Part shown: in pieces, positions 36,356 through 51,900 of the stretch
How positions within the stretch are numbered: position 1 is the first letter of the stretch
How the letters are laid out: each line of letters begins with the position of its first letter
Assembly: GCA_964413645.1 (NCBI GenBank)
Contig: CAYPSA010000005.1
Location: forward strand, 2,820-66,819
Reading direction: 5' to 3'
Source: an uncultured Gammaproteobacteria bacterium
GTDB lineage: Bacteria > Patescibacteriota > Microgenomatia > UBA1406 > HO2-37-13b
DNA: 64,000 nucleotides
The notes under the pieces: generated by a model
Database searches by the model: none
What the model saw: only the letters and a program-made list of their open reading frames with translations
Told to the model about the DNA's origin: nothing
Translations under genes and position numbers: made by a program

Positions 36356-37996
36356 TTATTTCTTATCTGTCATGGGAACAAATAATATACTATCCGTCTG
36401 AGTAATGGTTTTAGTAACGGAAATGCCATTTCCTGGTTGTACATGTTCTCCTTTAGAAGTGGTTCCAACAGTTGTCGAATCGGGTGAGGGAATATCAATA
36501 ACTGTTTCGGTGGTAACCGTCTTCATCTCACCAATAATCGCAGTAAATTGATCTCTCTTTTGATTAATGTGTAGTAAGAGATCGTCTAAATTTTCTACGG
36601 ACGTGATTTCTTCGAGCATCTTTTTTAATGATGAATCTTTGTTAGTGGCTTCGCTTAGTTTTTGAATTATTTCCTGGATAGTTGCTGGATTTGTGTCATC
36701 AATACTATTTCCCCACATGAGCGCAAAAATAATGAGCTGAATTCGTGGATCAATAATAACATGCTTGGGCTGATTAAGGAACGCATGAAGTCGTTCACCT
36801 GTCTTGATAGTGTTCTGTACTTTTCCCGAAAGTTCCGCTCCAAAATGTGACAGATTCTCCATTTGTTCAAAAAGCGACAGGAATGCGGTCAATTTCTGAT
36901 TAATATCTCTACGTAATGGCGATTGAGCTTGTCGACCCACACGAGTAACAGAAAGGGGAATATTAATAGCTGGTCTACGTCCTTTGGCAAACGTTCCCTG
37001 ATCAAAAAATATGTGGCCATCGGTCATTGACATAATATTAGTTGCTATGTAGCTTGTAAGATCAGATTCGACAGTTTCGACTACCGGCAGACAGGTGATT
37101 GACACTTCTCCCTTGCTTCCTTCCTGCAGGAAATTTCCCGAACGCTCAAGAAGTCGTGAATGGGTAAAGAAAATGTCACCGGGGTACGATTCTCGACCCG
37201 GAAATCGTTTTCCAATAAGGCTCATTTCACGATAAAACTTAGCATGAGTGCTCAAGTCATCCAGAATTACAACCACTTCTTTTCCTTCATCCCGAAAGCT
37301 CTCTGCAATGGTCATTGCGGTAAATGGAGTTAGGTAGATAAGTCCGGGTGAATCAGAAGAATTAGAGGCTACCACTACGGTTTGTTTTTGAAGTTTTTCA
37401 CTCTCGATATATGCTAATACATGTCGCACATCGCTTTGTTTTTTTCCAATTGCTGCGTAAACGACTACTGCTCCAGCTTTTGCCTGATTTTTCAGAATTG
37501 AAAGTAGGAAAGATGTTTTACCTGTTTTTCTGTCGCCAATAACCAGTTGTTTCTGGCCTTTTCCTAATGGTAGTAACATATCAATAACCGTCATTCCCGA
37601 ATCAAATGGCTGAGTAATACTTGCCCGCGACGTAATTCCTTTAACTTTTCCATTTAAGTCACTCGTTTTCTTTGTGGAAACTTTTGCTGACGTGCCAATT
37701 GCTGCGCCAGTTGGATCTATGACAGCGCCAAGTAGATCGGAGCCGACGGGTACCTGAAGAAGTTCTTTTGTGCGGACAACCTTTTCGCCTGTTGCGGGAC
37801 TTTTTTTGCTGAACAATATTATTTCCACTGCATGCTTGTGGATCGCGAATACTTCTCCTACAATTCCGGACTCAAACAATACAAGTTCAAAAGGCGCAAC
37901 GCCCGGTAGTCCCGTTACCGTTATGAGCGGTAATTTTATTTCAGTAACTTCACCAAATTCACCTGTTGTTTTTAAATATTCGCTATATGTTTTCAT
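36356..37996 (-). CDS. atpA: F-type ATPase alpha subunit (with about 40-aa C-terminal extension)
   Basis: Walker A motif GDRKTGKTS and ...DDLSTHAKFYREMSL.... At 546 aa it has an extra Thr/Val-rich tail. Confidence 0.93.
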   Translation of the reverse strand: MKTYSEYLKTTGEFGEVTEIKLPLITVTGLPGVAPFELVLFESGIVGEVFAIHKHAVEIILFSKKSPATGEKVVRTKELLQVPVGSDLLGAVIDPTGAAIGTSAKVSTKKTSDLNGKVKGITSRASITQPFDSGMTVIDMLLPLGKGQKQLVIGDRKTGKTSFLLSILKNQAKAGAVVVYAAIGKKQSDVRHVLAYIESEKLQKQTVVVASNSSDSPGLIYLTPFTAMTIAESFRDEGKEVVVILDDLSTHAKFYREMSLIGKRFPGRESYPGDIFFTHSRLLERSGNFLQEGSKGEVSITCLPVVETVESDLTSYIATNIMSMTDGHIFFDQGTFAKGRRPAINIPLSVTRVGRQAQSPLRRDINQKLTAFLSLFEQMENLSHFGAELSGKVQNTIKTGERLHAFLNQPKHVIIDPRIQLIIFALMWGNSIDDTNPATIQEIIQKLSEATNKDSSLKKMLEEITSVENLDDLLLHINQKRDQFTAIIGEMKTVTTETVIDIPSPDSTTVGTTSKGEHVQPGNGISVTKTITQTDSILFVPMTDKK

Positions 37997-38424
37997 ACGT
38001 TCGTATTATTTATCGAATGATCCAATCTCTTTCCATTTAATTCAAGAACTGCTCCCGCTAATATTGTCGTATTTATCTTTGCTTGCAATAGGGGTTGTTT
38101 CCCAAAAAGCTCAACTTTCCCCGCAAACTTAGTAAGTTGTGCAACGGTTGGTTCAAACGCCATTTCAATTGTCAGTATGGGGAGCGACTTAATATGTGTT
38201 GCCAAAGTACCAAGCGCTTTTAATACCTCCGCATTCTTTTTAGTATTGACCTTATTCTTTTGCAAGAACGACACAATCATAGTTTGTATGTCTGTCGTAA
38301 CGTCATCGAGAGATGCTTGACCTTTTTTAGCATACACGCCCTTGGACAGTTCTTCGAGTTTTTCAACCAGTCGATCTCTCTGTGGCACTGTTATTAGTGA
38401 CTCATCTACCATTTCGTATTGCAT
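37993..38424 (-). CDS. atpH: F-type ATPase delta (OSCP) subunit
   Basis: Position between the b-like gene and alpha. The short helical protein ends ...AGAVLELNGKRLDHSI (OSCP-like). ATG at 38424; the stop overlaps the atpA start (ATGA). Confidence 0.65.
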   Translation of the reverse strand: MQYEMVDESLITVPQRDRLVEKLEELSKGVYAKKGQASLDDVTTDIQTMIVSFLQKNKVNTKKNAEVLKALGTLATHIKSLPILTIEMAFEPTVAQLTKFAGKVELFGKQPLLQAKINTTILAGAVLELNGKRLDHSINNTNV

Positions 38425-38425
38425 A

Positions 38426-38926
38426 TTATCCAAAAAACCCACCTTTTCCTGCTTTTTCTATAGCATCGATAACGAGTGATTCATGGGTTTTTACGTCAAT
38501 GGTTTTGCCTAGAACATTGTGGGCGATTTCAGTTACCTTTTTAGAAACAAGAGTGTCGAGTGCGAGTTCTTTAGATTTTTTGTATTCAGCCAATTCGGCC
38601 TGAACTTTTGTGAATTCTGCTGCAATTTTTGTTTCAAGTAATGCAGAGCTATCTGATAGCTGTTTTTGCACGTTCGTATTAAACTCCGCAAGAACTTTAT
38701 CGATACCTGCTTTCATTTCAGCGTCAAGACGTTTTACTTGAGTCTCGACCGCGGACTTCATACCAAGTGCTGTTTGCTCTTTTAATGAGTCGGTAAGTAA
38801 CTGTGTTTGGGTCAGTAGTTGCTGTGCGGCGTCAACGGCTTCTTTTATGATTGACTGCGCTTTTTTATGAGCATGTAAAACAATGTCCTCTTCACTTTGC
38901 TGATTTTTTCGTGAAAATATATTCAT
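38426..38926 (-). CDS. atpF: F-type ATPase peripheral-stalk subunit b-like protein lacking a TM helix
   Basis: 166-aa Ala/Lys/Glu/Gln-rich helical protein in the atpF position. No hydrophobic N-terminal segment is present (MNIFSRKNQQSEEDIVLHAHKKAQ...). Confidence 0.55.
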   Translation of the reverse strand: MNIFSRKNQQSEEDIVLHAHKKAQSIIKEAVDAAQQLLTQTQLLTDSLKEQTALGMKSAVETQVKRLDAEMKAGIDKVLAEFNTNVQKQLSDSSALLETKIAAEFTKVQAELAEYKKSKELALDTLVSKKVTEIAHNVLGKTIDVKTHESLVIDAIEKAGKGGFFG

Positions 38927-38928
38927 AG

Positions 38929-39765
<837 letters not shown>

Positions 39766-39890
39766 TTAAGGATTTGCCGAGAGAATTTTGAGTTTCTGCC
39801 TACGATTTCTAATTTTCCTATTGTAGTAATACGGCCTAATATACGGGTGGGGGTATACCGTATTTGATCCTGTTTTATAGCAATTTGCTC

Positions 39891-39919
39891 TTGATTTCCT
39901 TATTAATATTGATTAGTCT
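39891..39919 (+). promoter_or_regulatory. Promoter TTGATT-17-TAGTCT, 10 nt upstream of the giant-gene ATG
   Basis: TTGATT at 39891-39896 and TAGTCT at 39914-39919; the ATG is at 39930. No SD is visible. Confidence 0.4.
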
Positions 39920-39929
39920 GATATAAGCA

Positions 39930-42900
39930 ATGAACCATTTTTTTCAACAAACAGCAAGCATCCTTGCAGGACTAGTATTACTAGTTTCATCTACTGTAGC
40001 ATCATTGCCAGAAAAATTCCACGACTTTACGAGCAAATTTTCATACAAGCCCCCAGTTACTTCACCGGCTAAAAAAAAGACTGCCCAAAGCCAGAAATCT
40101 TTCCCGGCAGTACTAGCAGCAACGATCGATCGAACTAAAACGGGAGTTACGTTCACTATTCCTGCATTCTTCAAAGATTTAGTAACGCTCGATTCATCGC
40201 TTGAAGTTAACGGACCAAGTACGTTTAACGACAAAGTTACTCTTACTAATCAGGATCTTGATTTAGGAACTGGTGAATTAACCGCTTCAAACGTGCTGTA
40301 CGGTTTGACTGCGGGCAATGGAATTTTGATAAGTGAAGGTCAAACACCTGAAATTAAACTTGACTTAAACGTGGTTTCATCTATTTCGGGCAGAACGGGC
40401 GACGTTGATTTGGAAGAAGGAAGTGGTATTAGTATCGATGGGTTAGAAATTACTAATTCCGACAAAGGTTCTGCTCAGAATATTTTTAAGACTTTCTCTG
40501 TTTCGGGACAAAGTGATATTGTGGCCAATTCCAACACAAGCAAGCTTACGTTTGTGGCAGGAGAAGGTACCGTGCTTACCACCGATGCAACCGCAAAAAC
40601 ACTCACGATTACGAGTAATTTTAATAATTCTGGATGGGTCGACGAGGGTGCAATCATTCGACTGTCAGGCATTTCGGACAGTGTGGGAATTGGCACAAGC
40701 TCACCAGCCAACAAACTTTCAGTCGTTGGAAATACTGATATTTCAGGCAACTTGGGAATTGGCACAACCACTCCAGCATACAAACTTGATGTTGCAGGCA
40801 ATGCTAATCTCTCATCCGGTTCCACCTACAAAATCAATGGAGCGGACGTTCTTTCTGCCTCAGGACTTGGTGTTGGAGTAACAGCCTCATCACTCACTAG
40901 TCTTGGTACTCTTGGAAACGTAACGGTAACTGGTACTTCTGCCTTAAACGGAGGAATCACGTTTGATAATGCAACCGATACGATCTCTGCCTTTACTGCC
41001 GGCGGAACCATTAACCTTGCAAACAACCTCATAACCAACGTTGGAAATGCTGGTACTGACTTTACTGCAAGTGGTGGGTTAACGCTCGCGGGGCTTCTCA
41101 CAGCCTCATCTGGAATTTCACTCGACGCAGAAACAGTTACTGACTTTTCAGGAAATGGAATCGTAGTTACGAGTAATTCGCTATTTGTCAACTTGACGAC
41201 CAGTAGCAATACAGGCGCAACCTCATCAAATTCAGGTTTGGAAGTAGGTACGGCTGGACTCACATTGCTTAAGGGTTGTTCAGATGGAGAGCTTCTTAAA
41301 TATACCGATGCTGGCGGATGGGCATGTTCGACTGATATCGATACAACATCGGGATCTGCTTCCGGATTCACAGATTTTGGGAGCATTGTTGCTTTAATAA
41401 CATCAGCAGATAACCTAGGAGTCGGAACAAGCTCGCCAACCAACAAGCTTTCAGTGGTTGGTACCGCAGACATCTCGGGTAATTTGGGAGTTGGCACAAC
41501 GACTCCTGGATATAAATTAGACGTTGCGGGAAACGCGAATCTTGCGTCAGGATTTACGTATAAAGTAAATGGAAACGATGTTTTGTCAGGTACTACATTG
41601 GGAGTTGGGGTAACTTCTTCCTCCCTCACTCAACTAGGGGCGCTCGGAAACTTAACAGTCACCGGAGCAATTGTTGGAAATGGGGGACTCACTCTTGCCG
41701 CCGGTCAGACTTTGAATGTAAATTCTGACGCAATTACTGACTTAACTGGAAATGGAATTGTGTTGAGCGGCGGTACATTAACGGTCGGACTTACTTCTTC
41801 CGGAACAACAGGATCCAGCTCATCAAATTCGGGTTTGGAAGTAGGATCTGCCGGTCTAACACTTCTCAAAGGCTGTTCGGATAATGAATTGCTCAAATAC
41901 ACCGATGCTTCCGGCTGGGCATGTGCGATTGATATAGACACAACTGGAGCAAACCTAGCGGGCTTCACCGACTTCGGCTCAATTGTAGCTCTTACTACCA
42001 CCGCAGATAACTTGGGAGTCGGAACAAGTTCACCAACTAACAAACTCTCAGTAGTCGGTACCGCAGATATCTCAGGAAATCTTGGAATTGGCACAACAGC
42101 CCCTGCTTATAAACTCGACGTTGCAGGAAATGTAAATCTCTCAACCGGATCAACGCTCAAGATTAACGGAACTGATGTGTTATCTGCTTCCGGACTTGGT
42201 GTGGGAGTCACTGCATCGAGCTTAACAAGTCTTGGAACACTCGGAAACGTAACAGTAACCGGAGTATCGGCCCTTAATGGCGGAATCACGTTTGATAGTA
42301 CAACCGACACCATTTCTGCTTTCACTGCCGGTGGAACGATTAATATGGCGACGAATATAATTACTGACATTGGCAATAGCGGAACTGATTTTACGGGAGC
42401 AGGTGGGCTTAATTTGGCAGGTCTACTTACTGCGTTATCCGGTGTTTCAATCAATTCAGAAACAGTTACCGATTTTTCAGGTAGCGGAATTAGCGTATCA
42501 GGCAATGCATTAACAGTGAATCTAACTTCCTCTGGAACCACCGGTTCAACATCCTCTAATTCAGGTCTTGAGGTTGGATCAGGTGGGCTTACACTCCTCA
42601 AAGGCTGTACTGACGGAGAGCTTCTCAAATATACCGACGCAGGTGGATGGGCATGTGCAACTGACACTGATACTAATACCAATACTTCAGGATTCACCGA
42701 TTTTGGAAGTATCGTCGCACTCACCACCACCGCAGATAACTTGGGAGTCGGAACAAGCTCGCCAACAAACAAACTCTCAGTAGTCGGAAACACAGATATC
42801 TCGGGTAACTTGGGAGTTGGAACAACTACTCCAGCATACAAACTTGACGTTGCTGGTTCAACCAATCTCTCATCAGGCTCCACCTACAAAATCAATGGAA

Positions 42901-45900
42901 CCGATGTTCTTTCAGCTTCAGGCCTTGGTGTTGGGGTAACTGCCTCATCTCTCACATCTGTCGGCCCACTCGGAAACCTAACAGTTACCGGTGCAATTGT
43001 TGGTAACGGTGGACTCACACTCGCCACAGGACAAACATTTACGATGAATGGGGATGCATTTACAGATTTAACCGGAAGTGGAATCATAATATCAGGAAAT
43101 GCACTAACAATCGGACTTACCACTTCTGGAACCACCGGCTCCACTTCATCCAACTCAGGTCTTGAGGTTGGATCTGCAGGACTCACATTACTCAAAGGCT
43201 GTACCGATGGAGAATTGCTCAAATACACCGATGCTGGCGGATGGGCATGTTCGGCTGATATCGATACTGATACTAACAGCGCAGGCTTCACCGATTTCGG
43301 AAGCATTGTAGCTCTTACCACAACCGCTGATAGTGTAGGAATAGGGACATCTTCTCCTGCAAATAAGTTGAGCGTAGTCGGTACTGCAGACATCTCAGGA
43401 AATCTTGGTATCGGAACAACAACGCCTGCATATAAACTTGATGTTGCAGGTTCAGCCAATCTTTCAACCGGTTCCACCTACAAAATCAATGGAACCGATG
43501 TATTATCAGGATCAACACTAGGATCAGGAATTACCGCCTCATCACTTACATCAGTCGGTACTCTTACCAACTTGGGAGTAGGTAACTCAGGCGCATTCGG
43601 TGGAGGAATTCTGGTCGGCGGAGAGACACTTACTGACTTTACCGGAAATGGTGTAACACTTTCATCTGGAGCGTTAACGGTGAATCTAACTTCCTCAGGA
43701 ACCACCGGTTCAACATCCTCTAATTCAGGTCTTGAGGTTGGATCTGCAGGACTCACATTACTCAAAGGCTGTACAGACGGTGAATTACTTAAATATACCG
43801 ATGCTGGTGGATGGGCGTGTGCTACCGATTCAAATTCGGGAAATGTTTCTGGCTTCACCGATTTCGGAAGTATCGTTGCTCTTACCACTACAGCAGATAA
43901 TCTCGGAGTCGGCACAAGCTCGCCAACGAACAAACTCTCAGTAGTCGGTACTGCAGACATCTCTGGAAATCTTGGAATCGGAACAACAACACCTGCGTAT
44001 AAACTTGATGTTGCAGGAAACACGAATCTCTCATCAGGATCAACATATAAGATAAACGGTACCGACGTACTCTCTGCTTCAGGACTTGGTGTGGGAGTAA
44101 CCGCCTCTTCTTTGACCAGCCTTGGAACGCTCGGAAACTTAACAGTCACCGGAGCAATTGTTGGAAATGGGGGGCTTACGCTAGCGGCCGGACAAACATT
44201 AAATTTCAATTCCGATGCTATTACTGATTTAACTGGAAATGGAATTGTGTTGAGCGGCGGTACATTAACGGTCGGGCTCACATCATCTGGAACCACTGGT
44301 TCTACCTCATCCAACTCGGGTCTTGAGGTTGGATCTGGTGGACTTACACTCCTTAAGGGTTGTATCGATGGAGAACTTCTCAAATACACCGATGCTGGTG
44401 GATGGGCGTGCGCAACAGACACCGATACTAACACAGGAAATATTTCAGGATTCACCGATTTCGGCTCAATCGTAGCTCTTACCACCACCGCTGACAACCT
44501 AGGAGTCGGAACATCTTCCCCAACCAACAAGCTCTCAGTCGTTGGTACCGCAGACATCTCAGGAAATCTTGGAATCGGAACAACCACTCCAGCTTTCAAG
44601 TTAGACGTTGCAGGCTCGGCCAACCTTTCATCAGGATCTACCTACAAAATCAATGGAACGGATGTCCTTTCAGGCAACACACTAGGCTCGGGAATTACCG
44701 CTTCCTCACTCACATCAGTCGGTACACTCACCAACCTTGGAGTAGGTAACTCTGGTTCATTTGGTGGAGGCCTGTTAGTTGGTGGACAAACACTCACCAA
44801 CTTCACTGGAAATGGCGTAACACTATCATCGGGAGCTCTTACCGTCAACCTCACCACCTCAGGAACCACTGGTTCAACATCCTCTAATTCTGGACTTGAG
44901 GTTGGATCAGGTGGACTTACACTCCTCAAAGGATGTACTGATGGAGAACTCTTGAAGTACACCGACGCAAGCGGTTGGGCATGTGCAGCAGACACCGACA
45001 CCGATACTAATACTTCAGGCTTCACCGATTTTGGCTCAATCGTAGCTCTTACCACCACCGCAGACAACCTCGGAGTCGGAACATCTTCCCCAACAAACAA
45101 ACTATCAGTCGTCGGTACCGCAGACATCTCTGGAAATCTTGGAGTTGGCACAACCACCCCTGCATACAAACTTGATGTAGTCGGATCTGCCAACCTTTCA
45201 GCTGGTTCTACCTACAAGATCAACGGAACCGATGTACTTTCTGCTTCTGGTCTAGGAGTTGGAGTCACCGCCTCATCACTCACCAGTCTCGGAACGCTCG
45301 GCAACGTAACAGTAACGGGTACTTCAGCCTTAAACGGTGGAATCACCTTCGATAGCTCAACTGATACAATCTCAGCTTTCACTGCTGGTGGTACCATCGA
45401 CTTGGCAACCAATCTCATAACCAACATTGGAAACGCAGGAACCGACTTTGTTGCTGGTGGAGGTTTAACTCTCGCTGGTGCATTTACTGCAAACAGTACC
45501 TCTGCCTTAAACGGAGCTACAACTCTTGGAGATGCTGCTGCTGATACCGTAACTAGTAACGCTGGAGTATGGTCATTCACCAATGCTACAACGGTTGATC
45601 TGGCCGATAGCTCTCGACAAGCACTTAACTTTGAATCTGGATTATTCAACCTTGACACACTTAATGGTCGAGTAGGTATAGGAACAACCACTCCAACCCA
45701 AAAACTCGACGTTGTAGGAAATGTGAATGTATCTTCTGGCTCAACCTACAAGATCGCCGGAACAGACGTTCTTTCCGGAAACACATTAGGTGCGGGAATT
45801 ACTACTTCATCATTAACTTCAGTTGGTACACTCACTAATTTAGGGGTCGGAAATTCCGGATCATTCGGCGGAGGAATACTCGTCGGAGGAGAGACACTTA

Positions 45901-48900
45901 CTGACTTTACCGGAAATGGCGTAACACTCTCTTCAGGAGCATTAACAGTAAATCTCACCACCTCAGGAACCACTGGTTCCACATCATCAAACTCAGGGTT
46001 GGAAGTTGGAAGTGGAGGACTCACATTACTCAAAGGCTGTACCGATGGAGAACTTCTCAAATACACCGACGCATCCGGCTGGGCATGTGCAACAGACACT
46101 GATACTAACACCGGCAATATTTCAGGCTTTACCGACTTCGGCTCAATCGTAGCTCTTACCACCACCACAGACAACCTCGGAGTCGGAACAAGTTCACCAA
46201 CCAACAAGCTCTCAGTAGTCGGTACTGCAGATATCTCTGGAAACTTGGGAGTCGGCACAACAACACCTGCATACAAACTTGATGTGGCAGGAAACACGAA
46301 TCTCTCATCTGGCTCCACCTACAAAATCAATGGAACCGATGTTCTTTCCGGAAACACACTAGGATCAGGAATTACGGCATCTTCTCTCACATCAGTCGGT
46401 ACACTCACAAACCTTGGAGTAGGGAACTCGGGTGCATTTGGTGGAGGCCTGTTAGTTGGTGGACAAACGCTTACCAACTTCACCGGAAATGGTGTAACAC
46501 TATCATCGGGAGCTCTTACCGTCAACCTCACCACCTCTGGAACAACCGGATCAACCTCCTCCAATTCAGGTTTGGAAGTTGGATCAGGAGGATTGACCCT
46601 ACTTAAAGGATGTTCTGATGGAGAAATTCTTAAATACACCGACGCAGGTGGATGGGCATGTGCCGCCGATGTTGATAACGATACAAACTCATCGGGCTTC
46701 ACTGATTTCGGAAGTATTGTCGCACTCACCACCACCGCAGATAACTTGGGAGTTGGTACAAGTTCACCAACTAACAAACTTTCAGTAGTCGGTACTGCAG
46801 ATATCTCAGGAAACCTTGGAGTTGGAACAACCACACCTGCGTACAAGCTCGAAATTATTGGAACTGGTAGACTTTCAGGTCTTCTTACCGCAAGCGCAGG
46901 AGTATCAATTAACTCAGAAACCGTTACTGACTTTAGTGGAAGCGGAATTGCAGTAACCGGAAATGCTCTAACGGTTAACTTGGCCACATCAGGAACAACC
47001 GGATCAACATCATCTAGCTCAGGGTTGGAGGTTGGTGCGGGAGGATTAACCTTACTTAAAGGATGTAATGATGGTGAAATTCTTAAATATACCGATGCCG
47101 GAGGATGGGCATGTGTGGCCGATGTTGATAATGATACAAACAATTCAGGATTTACTGATTACGGAAGCATTGTGGCCCTTACAACAACCGCCGATAGTGT
47201 AGGTATTGGAACATCATCTCCTGCAAATAAATTATCAGTAGTAGGAAGCGCCGATGTTTCTGGCAGCTTTGGAATTGGAACAACAGCACCAGCTTACAAC
47301 TTGGAAGTTATTGGTACTGGTCGAGTTTCCGGATTACTTACCGCAAGCTCAGGAGTATCTATTAATGGAGAAACAGTAACGGACCTTTCAGGAAGCGGAA
47401 TTGTACTTACCGGCAATGCATTAACGGTTAATCTAACAAACTCTGGAACAACCGGATCAACCTCCTCCAATTCAGGTTTGGAAGTTGGATCAGGAGGATT
47501 GACCCTACTTAAAGGATGTTCTGATGGAGAAATTCTTAAATACACCGACGCAGGTGGATGGGCATGTGCCGCTGATGTCGACAATGATACAAACTCATCA
47601 GGCTTCACCGATTTTGGCTCAATCGTTGCGATGACGACTTCAGCAGATAATTTGGGTGTTGGAACATCTTCGCCAACCAACAAGCTCTCGGTAGTAGGTA
47701 CTGCAGATATTTCAGGAAATCTTGGAGTTGGCACCACGATTCCAGCATACAAACTTGATGTAGTCGGATCTGCCAACCTTTCATCGGGCTCTACCTACAA
47801 AATCAATGGAACTGATGTTATCTCAGCCTCAGGACTTGGTGTGGGAGTAACCGCCTCATCTTTGACCAGCCTTGGTACACTTGGAAATGTAACCGTTGCC
47901 GGGGTTTCAGCTCTTAATGGTGGAATCACCTTTGATAACTCAACCGATACAATCTCAGCCTTTACCGCTGGTGGTACCATCGACTTGGCAACCAATCTCA
48001 TAACCAACATTGGAAACGCAGGAACCGACTTTGTTGCTGGTGGAGGTTTAACTCTCGCTGGTGCATTTACTGCAAACAGTACCTCTGCCTTAAACGGAGC
48101 TGTCACACTCGGAGACGCTTCATCCGATACCGTAACTAGCAACGCCGGAGTATGGTCTTTCACCAATGCAACAACGGTTGACTTAGCTGACAACGCTCGA
48201 GGAGCACTAAATTTCGAAGGTGGTTTACTTGCACTCGACACGCTCAATTCACGAATCGGTATTGGTACCACCACCCCAACACAAAAACTCGATGTCGTCG
48301 GAAATGTAAATGTATCATCCGGCTCCACCTACAAAATCAATGGAACTGATGTTCTCTCAGGTAATACTTTAGGTGCAGGAATTACCGCCTCATCACTCAC
48401 ATCAGTTGGTACACTCACCAACCTTGGAGTAGGTAACTCTGGTTCATTTGGTGGAGGCCTGTTAGTTGGTGGACAAACACTCACCAACTTCACTGGAAAT
48501 GGCGTAACACTATCATCGGGAGCTCTTACCGTCAACCTCACCACCTCAGGAACCACTGGTTCAACATCCTCTAATTCAGGTCTTGAGGTTGGATCAGGTG
48601 GACTTACACTCCTCAAAGGATGTACCGATGGGGAACTTCTCAAATACACCGACGCAGGTGGCTGGGCATGTGCAGCAGATACCGACACCGATACTAATAC
48701 TTCAGGCTTCACCGATTTCGGAAGCATCGTCGCCCTTACAACCACAGCCGACAACCTCGGAGTCGGAACATCTTCCCCAACCAACAAACTCTCAGTCGTT
48801 GGAAATGCTGATATCTCAGGAAACTTGGGAGTTGGAACAACCACTCCAGCATACAAACTTGATGTGGCAGGAAACACGAATCTCTCATCGGGATCAACAT

Positions 48901-51900
48901 ACAAGATAAATGGCACGGACGTGATTTCTGCTTCAGGGCTAGGAGTAGGAGTTACCGCTTCCTCACTCACCAGTCTTGGTACACTCGGAAATCTGACGGT
49001 CGCCGGAACATCAGCTCTTAATGGCGGTATTACGTTTGATAACTCAACTGATACAATCTCAGCCTTCACTGCCGGTGGAACCATTGACTTGGCAACTAAT
49101 CTCATAACCAACATTGGAAACGCAGGAACCGACTTCAGTGCCGGTGGAGGACTTACACTTGCTGGTGCATTCACGGCAAACAGCACAACCGCTCTTAACG
49201 GAGCCACTACTCTTGGAGACGCTGCTGCTGATACCGTAACCAGTAATGCGGGAGTATGGTCTTTCACCAATGCAACAACGGTTGATCTTGCCGATAGCTC
49301 ACGAGGAGCACTTAACTTTGAAGGTGGTTTACTTGCTCTTGACACTCTCAATTCACGCATCGGTATTGGAACAACAACTCCAACTCAAAAATTAGATGTT
49401 GCGGGAAACGTAAACATATCATCAGGATCAACATACAAAATCAATGGAACGGATGTCCTTTCAGCCTCGGGACTTGGTGTGGGAGTAACCGCCTCATCTT
49501 TGACCAGCCTTGGTACACTTGGAAATGTAACAGTAACCGGAACATCAGCCTTAAATGGCGGAATCACGTTTGATAGTGCAACCGATACAATCTCAGCTTT
49601 CACAGCTGGTGGTACCATCGACTTGGCAACTAACTTAATTACCAACATTGGCAACTCCGGTACCGACTTTATTGCTGGTGGAGGACTTACACTCGCCGGA
49701 GCATTCACCGCAAACAGCACATCTGCCTTAAATGGAGCCGTTACACTCGGAGATGCTTCATCCGACATGGTAACCAGTAATGCTGGAGTATGGTCTTTCA
49801 CAAATGCAACAACAGTGGATCTTGCAGACAACGCTCGAGGAGCACTGAATTTCGAAGGTGGTCTGTTAGCTCTGGACACTCTCAATTCACGAATTGGTAT
49901 CGGCACAACAACTCCAACACAAAAACTTGATGTTGTAGGAAATGTGAATGTATCTTCTGGCTCAACCTACAAGATCGCTGGAACAGACGTTCTTTCAGGT
50001 AATACTTTAGGTGCAGGCATAACAGCCTCATCACTCACATCCGTCGGCACTCTCACCAACCTTGGAGTAGGCAACTCGGGATCATTCGGTGGAGGCCTGT
50101 TAGTTGGTGGACAAACACTAACCAACTTTACCGGAAATGGTGTAACACTCTCATCTGGAGCTCTTACCGTCAATCTCACCACCTCTGGAACCACCGGATC
50201 CACATCATCCAATTCTGGACTTGAGGTTGGAAGTGGGGGGCTTACACTCCTCAAAGGCTGTACCGATGGAGAACTTCTCAAATACACCGACGCTTCCGGC
50301 TGGGCATGTGCAACTGACACCGATACTAACACCGGAAATATTTCAGGATTCACCGATTTCGGAAGTATTGTCGCACTCACCACCACCGCAGATAACTTAG
50401 GAGTCGGAACATCTTCCCCAACTAACAAGCTCTCGGTAGTCGGTACCGCAGACATCTCAGGAAATCTTGGAGTTGGTACAACGACTCCAGCATACAAGCT
50501 TGATGTTGCAGGTTCAGCCAACCTTTCAACTGGTTCCACCTACAAAATAAACGGTACCGACGTACTCTCAGCCTCAGGTCTTGGTGTTGGAGTAACCGCC
50601 TCATCTTTGACCAGCCTTGGTACACTTGGAAATGTAACAGTCACCGGAACATCAGCCTTAAACGGTGGAATCACCTTCGACAGCTCAACCGACACCATTT
50701 CAGCTTTCACTGCCGGTGGAACCATTGATCTTGCAACCAATCTCATTACTAACATTGGTAATGCTGGAACCGACTTTGTTGCTGGTGGAGGTTTAACTCT
50801 CGCAGGAGCATTCACCGCAAACAGTACCTCTGCCTTAAACGGAGCTACTACTCTTGGAGATGCTGCTGCTGATACCGTAACCAGCAACGCTGGAGTGTGG
50901 GTATTTAGTAATGCAACAACGGTTGATCTTGCGGATAGTTCACGAGGAGCACTGAATTTCGAAGGTGGCTTACTTGTGCTCGATACTCTTAATAGTAGAA
51001 TTGGAATCGGCACTACAACTCCAACTCAAAAACTCGATGTCGTCGGAAATGTGAATGTATCCTCAGGTTCTACCTACAAAATCAATGGAACCGATGTTCT
51101 TTCCGGAAACACACTAGGATCAGGAGTAACCGCATCTTCTCTCACATCAGTCGGTACACTCACCAACCTTGGAGTAGGGAACTCGGGTGCATTTGGTGGA
51201 GGCCTGTTAGTTGGTGGACAAACGCTTACCAACTTCACCGGAAATGGTGTAACACTTTCATCTGGAGCGTTAACGGTGAATCTAACCGCATCAGGAACAA
51301 CCGGATCCACATCATCCAACTCAGGGTTGGAAGTTGGAAGTGGAGGACTTACGCTCCTTAAGGGCTGTTCGGATAATGAATTACTCAAGTATACCGATGC
51401 TTCTGGATGGGCTTGTGCGGTTGATATTGATACGACAGGTGCAAACGTTTCAGGATTCACTGATTTCGGAAGTATTGTCGCACTCACCACCACCGCAGAT
51501 AACCTAGGTGTTGGAACATCTTCTCCAACCAACAAACTCTCAGTCGTCGGTAACGCAGATATCTCTGGAAATCTTGGAATCGGTACAACCACTCCAGCAT
51601 ACAAACTTGATGTGGCAGGAAACACGAATCTCTCATCAGGATCAACATACAAAATCAACGGAACGGATGTTATCTCAGCCTCTGGTCTAGGAGTAGGAGT
51701 AACCGCCTCATCACTCACCAGTCTTGGAACACTCGGCAACGTAACAGTAACGGGTACTTCAGCCTTAAACGGCGGAATCACGTTTGATAGTGCAACCGAT
51801 ATAATCTCAGCTTTCACTGCTGGTGGAACCATTAATATGGCGACGAATATAATTACTGATATCGGTGATGCCGGAACCGACTTCATTGCCGGTGGAGGAC